NCBI GenBank assembly: GCA_963801355.1
Contig: CAWDEM010000008.1
Location: 2,528,001-2,592,000, forward strand
Source of the DNA: Ignavibacteriota bacterium
Lineage (GTDB): Bacteria > Bacteroidota > Ignavibacteria > UBA10030 > UBA6906
Direction: 5' to 3'
Length of the DNA: 64,000 bases
The position numbers and the translations under genes were made by a program. The notes under the pieces were generated by a model. The model saw only the letters and a list, made by a program, of their open reading frames with translations. It searched no databases and had not been told where the DNA came from. Positions 30,258 through 40,193 of this stretch are shown in pieces; the stretch's first letter is position 1, and every line of letters starts with the position of its first letter.

Positions 30258-31721
30258 TTATTTTGCTCCCGAGCCGAACAGCATCACCGGAAGGGTTTTG
30301 AGCAGCAATCCGAAATCCAGAAGGATCGACGCATTCTGGATGTAGTACAAATCCAGCACTACCATGTCCTGGAACCCCACCACGCTGCGTCCCGTTACCT
30401 GCCACATCCCCGTGCACCCGGGCATCACGCTCAGACGACGCTTGTGCCATTCCTCGTAGTGGTCCCATTCGTACGGCAGACAGGGGCGCGGACCGACCAG
30501 GCTCATATCGCCCTTGAGGACATTGAACAATTGCGGCAGTTCATCAAGGCTGGACTTCCGCAGGAACCGGCCGACGCGCGTGACGCGTGATTCGTTGACG
30601 ATCTTCAATGTCGATTTCCCCGCGGCCTTCAATTTCTTCTGCGTCTGTATGAATTGGATATACAGCTTCTCCCGCTCCTTGTCTTGATCACTCCCGACCT
30701 GCATGGAGCGGAACTTGTAGAACTTGAACGGTTTGCCATTCTTGCCGATCCGGGTCTGGGAGAAGAAGATCGGGCCCCGTGTATCCAGACGGACCGCCAG
30801 TGCGATGAGCCCGAACACAGGCGCGAGGAACGCCAGCCCGATGGCCGCCACCACCGAGTCAAACATACGCTTGTAGACTTCCAGGGTCGGACTCGGGCTG
30901 AAATGGGAGATTCCGACCACGGGGAGGTTTCCGTACTTCTCAATGAAGAGCCTTTCCGGAACGACATCGTAGAGGGGCGACGAGATCTTCACCACTGCAT
31001 CAGTCGATGTGGCAACATCCAACACGTTGATCAGCCGGGTGTGATCGACATTCTCGAGGCTCACGATAATCTCCTGCACCCCGAACACCTTGACAATGTC
31101 GCGCATCTCCGCTACCCTGCCGAGTACCTTGGCGCGGTTGAATACCACCTTCCCGAGTGGCAGGCTATCGTCGAGGAATCCCACCAGATTCAAACCCAGA
31201 TGATCATTCAAAAAGAGGTTGATGGCCAGATTCTTCCCGTTTTCTCCCGCGCCCACTATCAGGGCGTTACGATGGAACACCTTCCGGTGGGAGAGCCAGA
31301 GAAAAACATTCCGGAACACGATGACCCGCCCCCCGATCAGCAGCACCGTGGAGACGATGGAGAAGTACACCATCGCCAGACGGCTGTCCAGGATCCATTC
31401 CGTCCTGATGAAGAACGAGAGGAGGGCGAGGCCCAGAATGGTGAGAAAGAGAGCTTTGAGGATGCGCACTGTCTGATCGGCGACAGTGACAAAAATGTTG
31501 ACGCGGTACAGACCCATGTACTGGAACACCAGGGTTGCCACGGCGCCGAATAGGCAGAGGAATATCGCCTCCCATTCGAGGGGGGCCCCGATGAACTTGA
31601 ACTCGCCTGCGAATTCCCGTCCCCTGAGGGTAATACCGATGCCCAGCGCAGCCACAATTGTCAGCCAGTCTAGAACCAGCAGAATGTAGCTATGTGCGGG
31701 GCGTTTTTTCAGGGCAATCAT
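30258..31721 (-). CDS. Priming polyprenyl-phosphate glycosylphosphotransferase (WcaJ/WbaP type)
   Basis: 4 TM + CoA-binding-like region + [31 protein letters not shown]; start placed downstream of the predicted promoter. Confidence 0.92.
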   Translation of the reverse strand: MIALKKRPAHSYILLVLDWLTIVAALGIGITLRGREFAGEFKFIGAPLEWEAIFLCLFGAVATLVFQYMGLYRVNIFVTVADQTVRILKALFLTILGLALLSFFIRTEWILDSRLAMVYFSIVSTVLLIGGRVIVFRNVFLWLSHRKVFHRNALIVGAGENGKNLAINLFLNDHLGLNLVGFLDDSLPLGKVVFNRAKVLGRVAEMRDIVKVFGVQEIIVSLENVDHTRLINVLDVATSTDAVVKISSPLYDVVPERLFIEKYGNLPVVGISHFSPSPTLEVYKRMFDSVVAAIGLAFLAPVFGLIALAVRLDTRGPIFFSQTRIGKNGKPFKFYKFRSMQVGSDQDKEREKLYIQFIQTQKKLKAAGKSTLKIVNESRVTRVGRFLRKSSLDELPQLFNVLKGDMSLVGPRPCLPYEWDHYEEWHKRRLSVMPGCTGMWQVTGRSVVGFQDMVVLDLYYIQNASILLDFGLLLKTLPVMLFGSGAK

Positions 31722-31767
31722 GACTTTTTTTCTCCCCTCTGAAAGACTCATACCAGAAAGGCTTGTT

Positions 31768-31796
31768 AATGTACGATTTGGACTGCCGAAAATCAA
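31768..31796 (-). promoter_or_regulatory. Sigma70-like promoter TTGATT-N17-TACATT
   Basis: -35 at 31791-31796, -10 at 31768-31773, in an AT-richer intergenic region. Confidence 0.5.
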
Positions 31797-31862
31797 CCGA
31801 CTGAGTTTCTCACAATCAGGACATCAAGGTGATACAATGTAGAAAAGACAAGACCGGAGAAC

Positions 31863-31878
31863 AGTGAGCTACGTCACA
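31863..31878 (-). promoter_or_regulatory. CRP/FNR-like box TGTGA-CGTAGC-TCACT
   Basis: 9/10 match to TGTGA-N6-TCACA, upstream of the priming transferase promoter. Confidence 0.45.
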
Positions 31879-31995
31879 AGTGCAAAACCGGCCTGCTTCC
31901 CACAGTCCCAAACCCCTCCCGTGACAATGGTGAGCAATCATGGTACACAACAGCCGGCCAGAAGTCCTCATATACAGGGCTCTTGCGAAACACGC

Positions 31996-32028
31996 GCGCC
32001 GCCGCCGGAGTACCTTCCGGGGCGGCGC
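31996..32028 (-). terminator. GC-rich hairpin downstream of the DegT gene
   Basis: GCGCCGCC-CCGGA/TCCGG-C-GGCGGCGC stem followed by GCGTGTTT on the - strand. Confidence 0.4.
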
Positions 32029-32060
32029 TCTGCCCGCACACTCGCACAGCCATGCAACGG

Positions 32061-33167
32061 TCAGACGAAAAACCCGCGAATCGTATCAGATATGTAGGTG
32101 ATTTGCTCCTCATTCAATTCCGGATACATCGGCAACGACAGGATTTCGCGCGCCGCTTTTTCGGCGACAGGGAAATCCCCTTCTTTGTACCCCAAATGGG
32201 CAAAGGCCTTCTGCAGATGGAGCGGAATCGGATAGTGCAATCCTGTGGCAATCCCTTTCGCTTCGAGGTGCTGCTGCAACTCGTCCCGTTTTGTGACCCG
32301 GATCACATAGAGGTGGTAGACATGCTTCGCGTAGGCCATCTCCCCCGGGGGAACAACCCCGGGGATACCCTCCAGATGCTTTCTGTACAGCGCTGCGTTG
32401 CGGCGCCGGCTCTCGGTCCAGGCCCCCAGGTGGCGGAGCTTGACACCCAGCACAGCCCCCTGGATCCCTTCCATGCGGTAGTTGTGCCCGTACATTTCGT
32501 GCTGGTACTTCTTCTCCGCCCCATGGTCACGAATCATTTTGAATTTGCGTGCCAGTTCGGCATCGTTCGTCGCCACCGCACCCCCCTCTCCATACGCACC
32601 CAGGTTCTTGCCGGGATAGAAGCTGAATGACGAAGCCCGCGAAAGCCCTCCGGTTCGCCTGCCTTTGTACTCGGCGAAGTGCGACTGTGCACAATCTTCG
32701 ACCAGGATGACATTGTGCTTGCGTGCGATTTCGTTGAGGGGGCCCATGTCAGCCGGCTGGCCGAACAGGTGCACGGCGACGATGGCCCTGGTCCGCGACG
32801 TAATCTTCGCTTCGACCTTTTGCGGATCAATATTGTAGCTGTCGGGTTCGCACTCCACGAAGACGGGGGTCGCTCCACAGAGAGTTGCTCCCCATGCCGT
32901 CGCGATGAACGTGTTTACGGGTATGATCACCTCATCCCCCGGACCGATACCGAGGGCCCAGAGCACCATGTGATTGCCGTCTGTACCGGAGCTCACACCG
33001 TAACAGTACCGGACTCCGTGCGCCGCGCCGAACGCGGTTTCAAATTCGGACACAGGCTTGCCCAGAACATATGCGGTATTGTCCAGGACAGAGTGAATTG
33101 CAGGAAGCACCTCATCCTTGATGGAAGCATACTGTGCTTTGAGATCGACAAATGGCACGCGCATCAT
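32061..33167 (-). CDS. DegT/DnrJ/EryC1/StrS PLP aminotransferase
   Basis: VPFVDLK, VHLFGQ, EDCAQSH and SFYPGKNLGAYGEGG motifs. Confidence 0.93.
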   Translation of the reverse strand: MMRVPFVDLKAQYASIKDEVLPAIHSVLDNTAYVLGKPVSEFETAFGAAHGVRYCYGVSSGTDGNHMVLWALGIGPGDEVIIPVNTFIATAWGATLCGATPVFVECEPDSYNIDPQKVEAKITSRTRAIVAVHLFGQPADMGPLNEIARKHNVILVEDCAQSHFAEYKGRRTGGLSRASSFSFYPGKNLGAYGEGGAVATNDAELARKFKMIRDHGAEKKYQHEMYGHNYRMEGIQGAVLGVKLRHLGAWTESRRRNAALYRKHLEGIPGVVPPGEMAYAKHVYHLYVIRVTKRDELQQHLEAKGIATGLHYPIPLHLQKAFAHLGYKEGDFPVAEKAAREILSLPMYPELNEEQITYISDTIRGFFV

Positions 33168-34369
33168 AGATGGTCCTTTATATCGTTATCGTTGAAAGAA
33201 GTAACAGCCGTGACAACACCGTCATGGATGGTGTGACGTACAATCGACGCGTGTCCCGCTGCGGGGCCGTCAACGGCCAGCGACACACCATCGGACCGGA
33301 GCACCGTGCCGCTCCGGTCGCGCCACCAGCGGGAGATTTCACGCGGCGGCACATGCCACATGCCGGACTGCGTCTTCATAAAATGCAGGAACTCCTCATA
33401 CAGCGCAAGACGCCTGTCATCCACCATATAGTCGGGGTGTACATTGACAACCACAAGCCCCCCCTGCTTCACTATCCATTCCACTTTCTCTTTCCATATC
33501 CCGATATCGCGCCGGTTCAGAATCTCGAAGAGTGTATGATCCTGCGGCAGGGTCATCGGGAGTTCCACCAGAGTTCCGATGAAGTACGGCCAGACGCTGC
33601 AGCATCCGCCGGGTTGCGGCTCATACGGATCGGTATCCGGAAAGGAACTGTCGTACTCAAATTGGAGTTCGGTCATCCAGGCGGCATTGCGCAGCGTGGA
33701 CGGCGAACGGAATCCGGAAGCACCCCACGCGCGCGCATAAGAATGAATCCGCTCGAGGCGCTTCGCAAAAACGGCGTGTGACTGGAATAGTCTGCCGTCA
33801 TGCTTGAGACCGTGGATGCCGATCTCGAAGCCGTCGCCGCGCAGGCGGTCAACGATCGCCCGGTCGATGGGATACCGCTCGGGGACAAGATTCCAGGAGG
33901 AGGTGAACCCCAGGCGTTGTTCGAGGCGCGCGAGCGCGGGTGCACGGCGCAACCCTGCATCAAACTCAACGTCATGTGTAATGGCGAACGCGAAGCGGCG
34001 GCCGTCCGGCCAGAAGGAAAGACGCGGCACCTCAGGGACATGCTGGAGCAACGCCCGCAGGTATGCCTCGACGGCGTCCGCCAGCACCGGTTCGACGGGC
34101 CATGCGGGGAACGCCGCGGTGGCTTGGACTGTGGTGAATCGTTGTCGCAACGCGATCTGCAACCTCCGCGGGATCACCGGTTTCAGCGCGTAGTATGCCC
34201 GGCGCTTCCATCCGTGTGTATCCTGCACATACCGTTCATACAGGTAATAATCGATTGACGGCGTACGCGGAGGCGGTTCGGGAAGGCCCGCGCTGATCTT
34301 GAGGAGTTCCCGCAGCGTCGAACGCGCCCCGCCGGCGGACAATGCAGCCGCGTCATCCGGCATGTTCAT
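33164..34369 (-). CDS. Polysaccharide deacetylase-like (CE4/NodB fold)
   Basis: ITHDVE, HGLKHDG, GFRSP, YDSSF and HPDY motifs. Confidence 0.8.
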   Translation of the reverse strand: MNMPDDAAALSAGGARSTLRELLKISAGLPEPPPRTPSIDYYLYERYVQDTHGWKRRAYYALKPVIPRRLQIALRQRFTTVQATAAFPAWPVEPVLADAVEAYLRALLQHVPEVPRLSFWPDGRRFAFAITHDVEFDAGLRRAPALARLEQRLGFTSSWNLVPERYPIDRAIVDRLRGDGFEIGIHGLKHDGRLFQSHAVFAKRLERIHSYARAWGASGFRSPSTLRNAAWMTELQFEYDSSFPDTDPYEPQPGGCCSVWPYFIGTLVELPMTLPQDHTLFEILNRRDIGIWKEKVEWIVKQGGLVVVNVHPDYMVDDRRLALYEEFLHFMKTQSGMWHVPPREISRWWRDRSGTVLRSDGVSLAVDGPAAGHASIVRHTIHDGVVTAVTSFNDNDIKDHL

Positions 34370-35384
34370 ACAAGACCTTTCCGATGAGTTTCAGGAGCGG
34401 CAGGGGCAGATGCCGCATGATGGGTTTCAGGACACCGCCGTGCCCTGCGGGCTTTCTCCCCGCTCCACCGGCATCAGCCGGCACCCGGTAGTACCGGAGC
34501 ATCGTCTCTTCTGCGCCCCACCCCCGTTTGTACTTGATAAGGCCTTCACCATCCAGGTCGCTGCGCCCGAGATCCGCCGTGTGGTATCCATGTTCACATG
34601 CCCAGCGTAGTGCATCCCACAGGATACCCGGGTTCGCGCTGAGGTGGAGAAAGGCTTCATTGGATGCGTTGAACTTGTGATAGAGGACGCCTTGATAGTG
34701 CAGAAAGACGCTCGCTGCAATCGCCTCCTCCTCGAACGTGGCAACGCTGACAAATCCCAACCCGCCCGCAACAAGAAGCTCATGGAAGAGCTCGAAGAAC
34801 CGGTCGGGCTGCGGGGGGATACCGTGCTTCCGACGTGTGACGTAATTCAGACGTACAAACGAGGCCATAGCTCCGGCATCGGTGCGCCGGGCCACCGTCA
34901 CGCCGGCCTTCTCAAACTTCTTCAGGGTGTATTGTGTTCTCTTCTTCTCAAAGGTCTTGAACAGCAGTTGCGGGTCCGGCAGGAGTTTCACGCGATGCAG
35001 CATATACTCCGCTGCAGCGGCTCCGTGCGGCGACCCGCCGCGAATCTCGACGTACTTCCAGTGCCGTAGTCCGCACAGCTCCGTTGCACGGGCAAGAAGG
35101 CTGTCGCCTGCTGCGTCGTCCCGCACCAGAAGCGTACTCGTGTCAGAGAACGGCAGACAGACCGCCCGGGACCCCGTGAGCCTGCTCCGGATTTCCAGCA
35201 ATGGCAGTATCCCGATGACCTCGTCGCCGTCAGAACAGGCAAGTGAAACCTGCCGGTAACCATAGGCGCGTTCCAGTACTTCCATCCAGAGCGGATGATG
35301 GAAGATCAACGCCTCCGGATGGGCATCGACAAACGCGCTCCAGCGCGGATCGGTGTGCGGATCAATGAACTCGACGTGTCTCAT
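34353..35384 (-). CDS. FemAB-like GNAT family acyl/aminoacyltransferase
   Basis: IFHHPLW, LPFSD, G.PPQP..FF and DLGRS....GL..YK.GWGA motifs; ATGA overlap with upstream GT4. Confidence 0.82.
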   Translation of the reverse strand: MRHVEFIDPHTDPRWSAFVDAHPEALIFHHPLWMEVLERAYGYRQVSLACSDGDEVIGILPLLEIRSRLTGSRAVCLPFSDTSTLLVRDDAAGDSLLARATELCGLRHWKYVEIRGGSPHGAAAAEYMLHRVKLLPDPQLLFKTFEKKRTQYTLKKFEKAGVTVARRTDAGAMASFVRLNYVTRRKHGIPPQPDRFFELFHELLVAGGLGFVSVATFEEEAIAASVFLHYQGVLYHKFNASNEAFLHLSANPGILWDALRWACEHGYHTADLGRSDLDGEGLIKYKRGWGAEETMLRYYRVPADAGGAGRKPAGHGGVLKPIMRHLPLPLLKLIGKVLYEHAG

Positions 35385-36598
35385 CGTTTCAGGACAAAGG
35401 TATACGCCTCGTACAGCCGCTTGACCTGCTGTTGCCACGAGAAAGACTCCTGCACGCGGCGCACACCGATCTGGCCCAGACGGCGCGCCTCATCAGGATA
35501 CTGGAACAGCCGGAGCATCCCCTCGGCAAACGCCGCGGGATCATTGTTGTGCACATACAGTGCAGCATCACCCGCCGAAAACGTGTTCTCCTTCAGATGA
35601 AAGGAAACCGTGGGTTTGCCCAGCGCCATATATTCCATCACCTTTGTCATGGTCGAAAGATCATTGAGGGGATTATGGGGGTCGGGCGAAAGACAGACAT
35701 CGGCGGTGGAAAGAATTGCAAGAGCTTCGGGATCGGGAATGCGGCCGGTGAACACGACATGGTCCTGTATCCGGAGTGTCTCTGCAAGGGACTGGAGGCG
35801 GTCCCAATCATCCCCCTTGCCGATGAGGTACACGAGAAAATCCGTGAACTGCCTCCGGTGTACCAGCTCATGGACGGCCCGCAGGATGTATTCGACCCCA
35901 TCCTGCACCGCCATGACGCCGATGAACGCCGCAACATGGCTTTTCCCCCGGCGCAGGGCCGGTTCCGCCGGCCGGGGAGAGAAGAGGCGCGTGTCCGGCC
36001 CGTTCCGGACCACGAAGGATTTTCCTGTCAGCCGCGGAAGCCGTTCGAGAGCGATGCTTTGATAGGTCAGGTTTGTCGAGAGGACCGCATCGGACACACG
36101 ATACGACAACCCCTGAAACAATCGCTGTAGCCGGTACAGGACGTCTCTTTCGTCGATCGGTTTTTCGAAACGGCTGAGATAGGCTTCCGGCGCCAGATCG
36201 TGCTCATCAAAGATGAATTTGATGCGGAACAGCTTCAGGTAGAGTGCGAGAGGCCAGAAGATGTCCGGGGGATTCGCCGCATGCACAACATGGATACGCC
36301 CGTGAAAAAGCAACGTATGGATCAGCAGAACGGTCTTGAGGAACGCGGTGGCGTACTCTCGCACATAGCCCTTGACCGAACCGTCGGCGAAGTGGTTGCG
36401 ATACCGGCGAATGTGTATCCCATCGAGCACAAGAGCGCGTTCACTGTCTTTGCCGAAGATCGGACAGATCACGCTGACCCGTGCCCCCGCGTCACGGAGC
36501 GCGAGGGCAATATTCCACATACGGCGGTCAAAGGGGACCGCCTCGTTCTCAATCAACAGCACGAAATGCTTACCAGCAAATCCCTTCGTAGTGTCCAT
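35381..36598 (-). CDS. Glycosyltransferase family 4
   Basis: VPFDRR, HAANPPD, VRNGPD and STMTKVMEYMALGKP motifs. Confidence 0.88.
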   Translation of the reverse strand: MDTTKGFAGKHFVLLIENEAVPFDRRMWNIALALRDAGARVSVICPIFGKDSERALVLDGIHIRRYRNHFADGSVKGYVREYATAFLKTVLLIHTLLFHGRIHVVHAANPPDIFWPLALYLKLFRIKFIFDEHDLAPEAYLSRFEKPIDERDVLYRLQRLFQGLSYRVSDAVLSTNLTYQSIALERLPRLTGKSFVVRNGPDTRLFSPRPAEPALRRGKSHVAAFIGVMAVQDGVEYILRAVHELVHRRQFTDFLVYLIGKGDDWDRLQSLAETLRIQDHVVFTGRIPDPEALAILSTADVCLSPDPHNPLNDLSTMTKVMEYMALGKPTVSFHLKENTFSAGDAALYVHNNDPAAFAEGMLRLFQYPDEARRLGQIGVRRVQESFSWQQQVKRLYEAYTFVLKR

Positions 36599-37892
36599 TG
36601 CCAGCCGTCCGCTCTTCTGATATGCGTACGAGGTCATACACGATCTGTCCGGGCTTGATCTTCTCCAGGGCTGCAGGGAACCCTTCGCCCCTGTTCGCAA
36701 TGAGGATGACCTCGGCCTGGTCCAGCACATCTTCCAGGGAACCCTTCATGAGTGAAGAAATATGAGGAATTTCCTGCTCGATATAGGATTTGTTGGCGCC
36801 CACCAGCCGGGAGATATTGACGTTGGCATCGTAGATCGAGAGGTCGTACCCTTTTCCGATGAGAGCCTCGACAACCGCGACAATGGGGCTCTCGCGCAGA
36901 TCATCCGTATCCTGCTTGAAGCTCAATCCCAGGATCCCGATTCTCTTCCGTTTTGTCTGAACGACCCAGTCGATCACACGCTGCACCTGGGCGTTGTTGC
37001 TGGGCATGAGAGATTGAAGCAACGGTGTGGCGATATCCAGCCGGCGTGATTCATAGGTGATCGCCCTGACATCCTTGGGCAGACACGACCCGCCGAAGGC
37101 GAAGCCCGGCTTCAGATAGTACGGCGAAATGTTCAGTTTGGTGTCTTCGGTGAAGACGTTCATCACCACATGGCTGTCGATGTCCAGTTTTTTGCAAATA
37201 GCACCGATCTCATTCGCGAACGTGACTTTCACTGCATGGAAGGCGTTGCATGCATACTTCAGGATTTCCGCTTCGCGCACCTTCACCGCGTGAAACGGAG
37301 CCGGAATCCCGCTGTACATCTGTCGCAGCAGGTTGACAATGGTCTCGTCCGATCCACCCACCACAGTGTAGGGCGGATGTTCGAAATCGAAGACCGAGGT
37401 TCCTTCCCGCAGGAATTCGGGGTTGGCTGCGACGCCGAAATCCCGTCCCATCTGTTTCCCCGATTCGCGGGCAATGATGGCGGCGGCTTTGTCGACCGTC
37501 CCGGGAAGCACGGTACTCCGGATCACGAAGCCGTGATAACCGTTCTTCAGCCGGAGGGCCTGGCCGACCTGTTCCGCCACACGCAAGACCTGGTCCAGGT
37601 TGAGGCTGCCATTCGAACTGCTGGGGGTCCCGACGCACACCAGACTCAGATCGGTCTGCTTGACGGCATCCGTCAGGTTTGTGGTCGCACTGAGTCTGCG
37701 TGCACTCACCGCTTCCTGGAGCAGGGTATCAATGCCGGGTTCGACAATTGGTGCGATCCCTCTGCTGATCAATTCCGCCTTGGACGGATTCGTATCGACG
37801 CCGATGATCCGGTGGCCATGCTTGGCAAGGCAGACCGCCGACACCGCGCCGACATAGCCGAGTCCAAATATGCTAATGTTCACGGATGCCAT
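36570..37892 (-). CDS. Nucleotide-sugar 6-dehydrogenase, AlgD (GDP-mannose 6-dehydrogenase)-like
   Basis: ISIFGLGYVGAV, NPEFLREG, PGFAFGGSCLPKDVRA and GLSFK..TDDLRESP motifs. Confidence 0.88.
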   Translation of the reverse strand: MASVNISIFGLGYVGAVSAVCLAKHGHRIIGVDTNPSKAELISRGIAPIVEPGIDTLLQEAVSARRLSATTNLTDAVKQTDLSLVCVGTPSSSNGSLNLDQVLRVAEQVGQALRLKNGYHGFVIRSTVLPGTVDKAAAIIARESGKQMGRDFGVAANPEFLREGTSVFDFEHPPYTVVGGSDETIVNLLRQMYSGIPAPFHAVKVREAEILKYACNAFHAVKVTFANEIGAICKKLDIDSHVVMNVFTEDTKLNISPYYLKPGFAFGGSCLPKDVRAITYESRRLDIATPLLQSLMPSNNAQVQRVIDWVVQTKRKRIGILGLSFKQDTDDLRESPIVAVVEALIGKGYDLSIYDANVNISRLVGANKSYIEQEIPHISSLMKGSLEDVLDQAEVILIANRGEGFPAALEKIKPGQIVYDLVRISEERTAGNGHYEGICW

Positions 37893-39063
37893 CCTTCAGT
37901 AAAAGATGAGCGAGAGCATGGAACATTGTGGCTGCGCCCCAGTGTATCGTCGGGGTGGTGTTGGTGAACCATGCGTTCTTCCAGAGATAGAAATACCCTT
38001 TCCTGTCCTGCATATTCCGGATCGTCCACCGGGCCACTCGCACGGCAACGTCGTACAGCTCCGGACGGTTGTATGCGGTGCCGAACAGCGTGAGCGTATC
38101 AATACCCTGTGCCGAACTCTGAATATCGTATTTGTAGTCCCGGTTCCAGTAGTACTTCGGCGCCCCGTCCGGTCTGAAGAAATGCTTCTCGTAGAAGGCG
38201 AATCCCTTGCGGATCGCCGGGTCGAAACGGTTGTCCCCCGTGCTGGTTTGATACCCCAGAAGCGCGTCCAGATTGTAGGCGGTGTGCCAGTTGTCAATCC
38301 AGTGGTACATGGGGTCTTCCCCGTAGTACCAGCTCCCTTCCGGGAGCTGACACGCCACACTGTACTCGACCGCCTGCGCGGCGAGAGTAAGAAGGCTCCG
38401 ATCGCCGGTTTCCCGGTACACTTCTGCGAGGAGACGGGCGCCGAGAAGATTCGCATTGTGAACGGGAAGTTCTGCATCCACAACGTAGCTCAGGCAGAGC
38501 CCGCGCGGGGTGGAGACCCGCGGTATGTCGTTCGTTATGAATTCCGCGACACGCTCCGCCAGGGCCAGGTAACGCTTATCGTTGAGGAGACGGTAGGATG
38601 TGATCAGATGATGGCCGATCAAACCGGACCAGACAATGGTGGGCGCCCCCATGGGAATGTCCGATCCGCGGGAGATATAGTCAAAGGCATTCCCCCAGCA
38701 TGCGCCGTGATATCCCTTGGACGCATGATCCGTAAGCCATTGAAGGCAGAAATCGGCCTTTGTGCGGTATTTCGCCTCGCCCGTGAGGGCATGCAGCTGG
38801 GCGTACCCGGCCATGAGGAACCCCATCCCTTTTGTGCTTTGTTGCGGCCGGATACCCAGCAGGGGACGCAGGTTGAACGGATTCCTGCGCACGAACTGTT
38901 GCAGGACCTGCTGCGGGAACCGCCGGCGGAAGGTCAAGGGCCGCAGGTACGACAGCAACCCGTCAAACGGGTCGTACGCCCGGTAGTCGTTCTTCACCAG
39001 CCAGGAGTCCAACAACTGGAGGGAGTCCCAGAGATCCTTTCTGGCGGCGCTGACTTCAATCAT
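37873..39063 (-). CDS. Conserved glycan-locus protein, probable (alpha/alpha)6 barrel
   Basis: YDPFDGL, WGNAFD, VHNANLLGA, GSWYYG and WIDNWHT motifs, typical of an uncharacterised family in polysaccharide loci. Confidence 0.65.
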   Translation of the reverse strand: MIEVSAARKDLWDSLQLLDSWLVKNDYRAYDPFDGLLSYLRPLTFRRRFPQQVLQQFVRRNPFNLRPLLGIRPQQSTKGMGFLMAGYAQLHALTGEAKYRTKADFCLQWLTDHASKGYHGACWGNAFDYISRGSDIPMGAPTIVWSGLIGHHLITSYRLLNDKRYLALAERVAEFITNDIPRVSTPRGLCLSYVVDAELPVHNANLLGARLLAEVYRETGDRSLLTLAAQAVEYSVACQLPEGSWYYGEDPMYHWIDNWHTAYNLDALLGYQTSTGDNRFDPAIRKGFAFYEKHFFRPDGAPKYYWNRDYKYDIQSSAQGIDTLTLFGTAYNRPELYDVAVRVARWTIRNMQDRKGYFYLWKNAWFTNTTPTIHWGAATMFHALAHLLLKDGIREH

Positions 39064-40193
39064 GCCTGACCTTGCACCAATTGGCGGTAGACGGTTTCGA
39101 ACGCGCGGAAATTCTGATCCCAGTCAGCCCGTGACCGGACGACGGCAACATTATTGTCACCGTATTCCTTCATGCGTTCGGGAGTGCGCGAAGCCTCCAC
39201 GATCGCCGCAGCGAGACCCCGGGCATCACCGCGCGGCACGATAATGCCATTCCGCCCCGGCACCACCCACTCCAGGATGGACGGGACGTCGGTGACCACG
39301 ACACCCAAACGCGCCGCCATGGCTTCGAGCAACGACACGGAAGTTCCGTCGCTGTGGGAGGACGATACGTACAAGTCCGCGGCGTGGAGATACTTGTACA
39401 GGAGGTCGCGCGGAATCTTCCCCGGGGTGAAGAACGAACCTGTGAGATTATGGTCGTGAATGAACCGCATAAATGTCGGGGTCAGGCTTCCTCCCCCGAT
39501 GAATAAGACCCGGACGTCGGGATTTTCTTTCAACACCGTTACCATGGCGTTGAGGAAGATGTCGATGCCGTACACGCCCTCATGGTGGCGGTTCATCATA
39601 ATAACGAAGTTCGATTCCCACCCCAATTCCTTCCGCAGGATGTCGCGCCAGGGGGAGCGGAGGCTCGCGATGGTCTCAATTTCCACGCCCCGCGGAATGA
39701 CGGTGATCCGGGCCGATGGATAGCCGTAGCGGCGGATGATCCTCTCCTTGACGGGTTCCGCATCGACCGTCACCCAGTCTGCAGCCCGAAAGGCCACGCG
39801 GTTGAACCAGTCCAGCATCCGGAACCGATCGGGATCGAGCAGGATATCCGATGCATAGGGCGCCACCAGGAGCGGATGAAAACCCGTGAGGCCTGCCAGG
39901 AAGGAATCATTCCAGCTGTTGCCGGAATGGATCACGTCGGGTTTGAATTCGCGGATGGTCCGTTGCAGGCGCGGCAGGATGTGCACAGACAGCGCCCGCT
40001 GCAGCTTCCCCGCAAACCGGAGAGGCACGAAATCCACAGTCACACCGGGGAGCGCAGCGAAAGAATCTTTGAGGCGCCGGTAGTGATACGCGAATATCCG
40101 GGTCTCATACCCCCGTTGAGACAGGGCGACCAGGAATTTCTCTTCATGGGCTCCGATGCCGTTACACGGCGATACGAACAGAATCCTCATCAT
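39060..40193 (-). CDS. Glycosyltransferase family 4
   Basis: YASDIL and ADLYVSSSHSDGTSVSLLEAMA motifs. Confidence 0.88.
   Translation of the reverse strand: MMRILFVSPCNGIGAHEEKFLVALSQRGYETRIFAYHYRRLKDSFAALPGVTVDFVPLRFAGKLQRALSVHILPRLQRTIREFKPDVIHSGNSWNDSFLAGLTGFHPLLVAPYASDILLDPDRFRMLDWFNRVAFRAADWVTVDAEPVKERIIRRYGYPSARITVIPRGVEIETIASLRSPWRDILRKELGWESNFVIMMNRHHEGVYGIDIFLNAMVTVLKENPDVRVLFIGGGSLTPTFMRFIHDHNLTGSFFTPGKIPRDLLYKYLHAADLYVSSSHSDGTSVSLLEAMAARLGVVVTDVPSILEWVVPGRNGIIVPRGDARGLAAAIVEASRTPERMKEYGDNNVAVVRSRADWDQNFRAFETVYRQLVQGQA

Noticed and set aside
31722-31796. Longer TTG start for the priming transferase, and similar N-terminal extensions at 6695, 15109, 16212, 23252, 25797, 29327, 35438, 36730, 46629 and 58655
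   Set aside because: Downstream ATGs fit better, judged case by case on SD sites, ATGA overlaps or family N-termini; the 31796 TTG is the predicted -35 box
36570-37892. Alginate operon
   Set aside because: No Alg8/Alg44/AlgE-like genes; the context is Wzx/Wzy/Wzc
37906-39069. 387-aa + strand ORF
   Set aside because: Exact antisense of 37873-39063, which fits the overlapping operon structure
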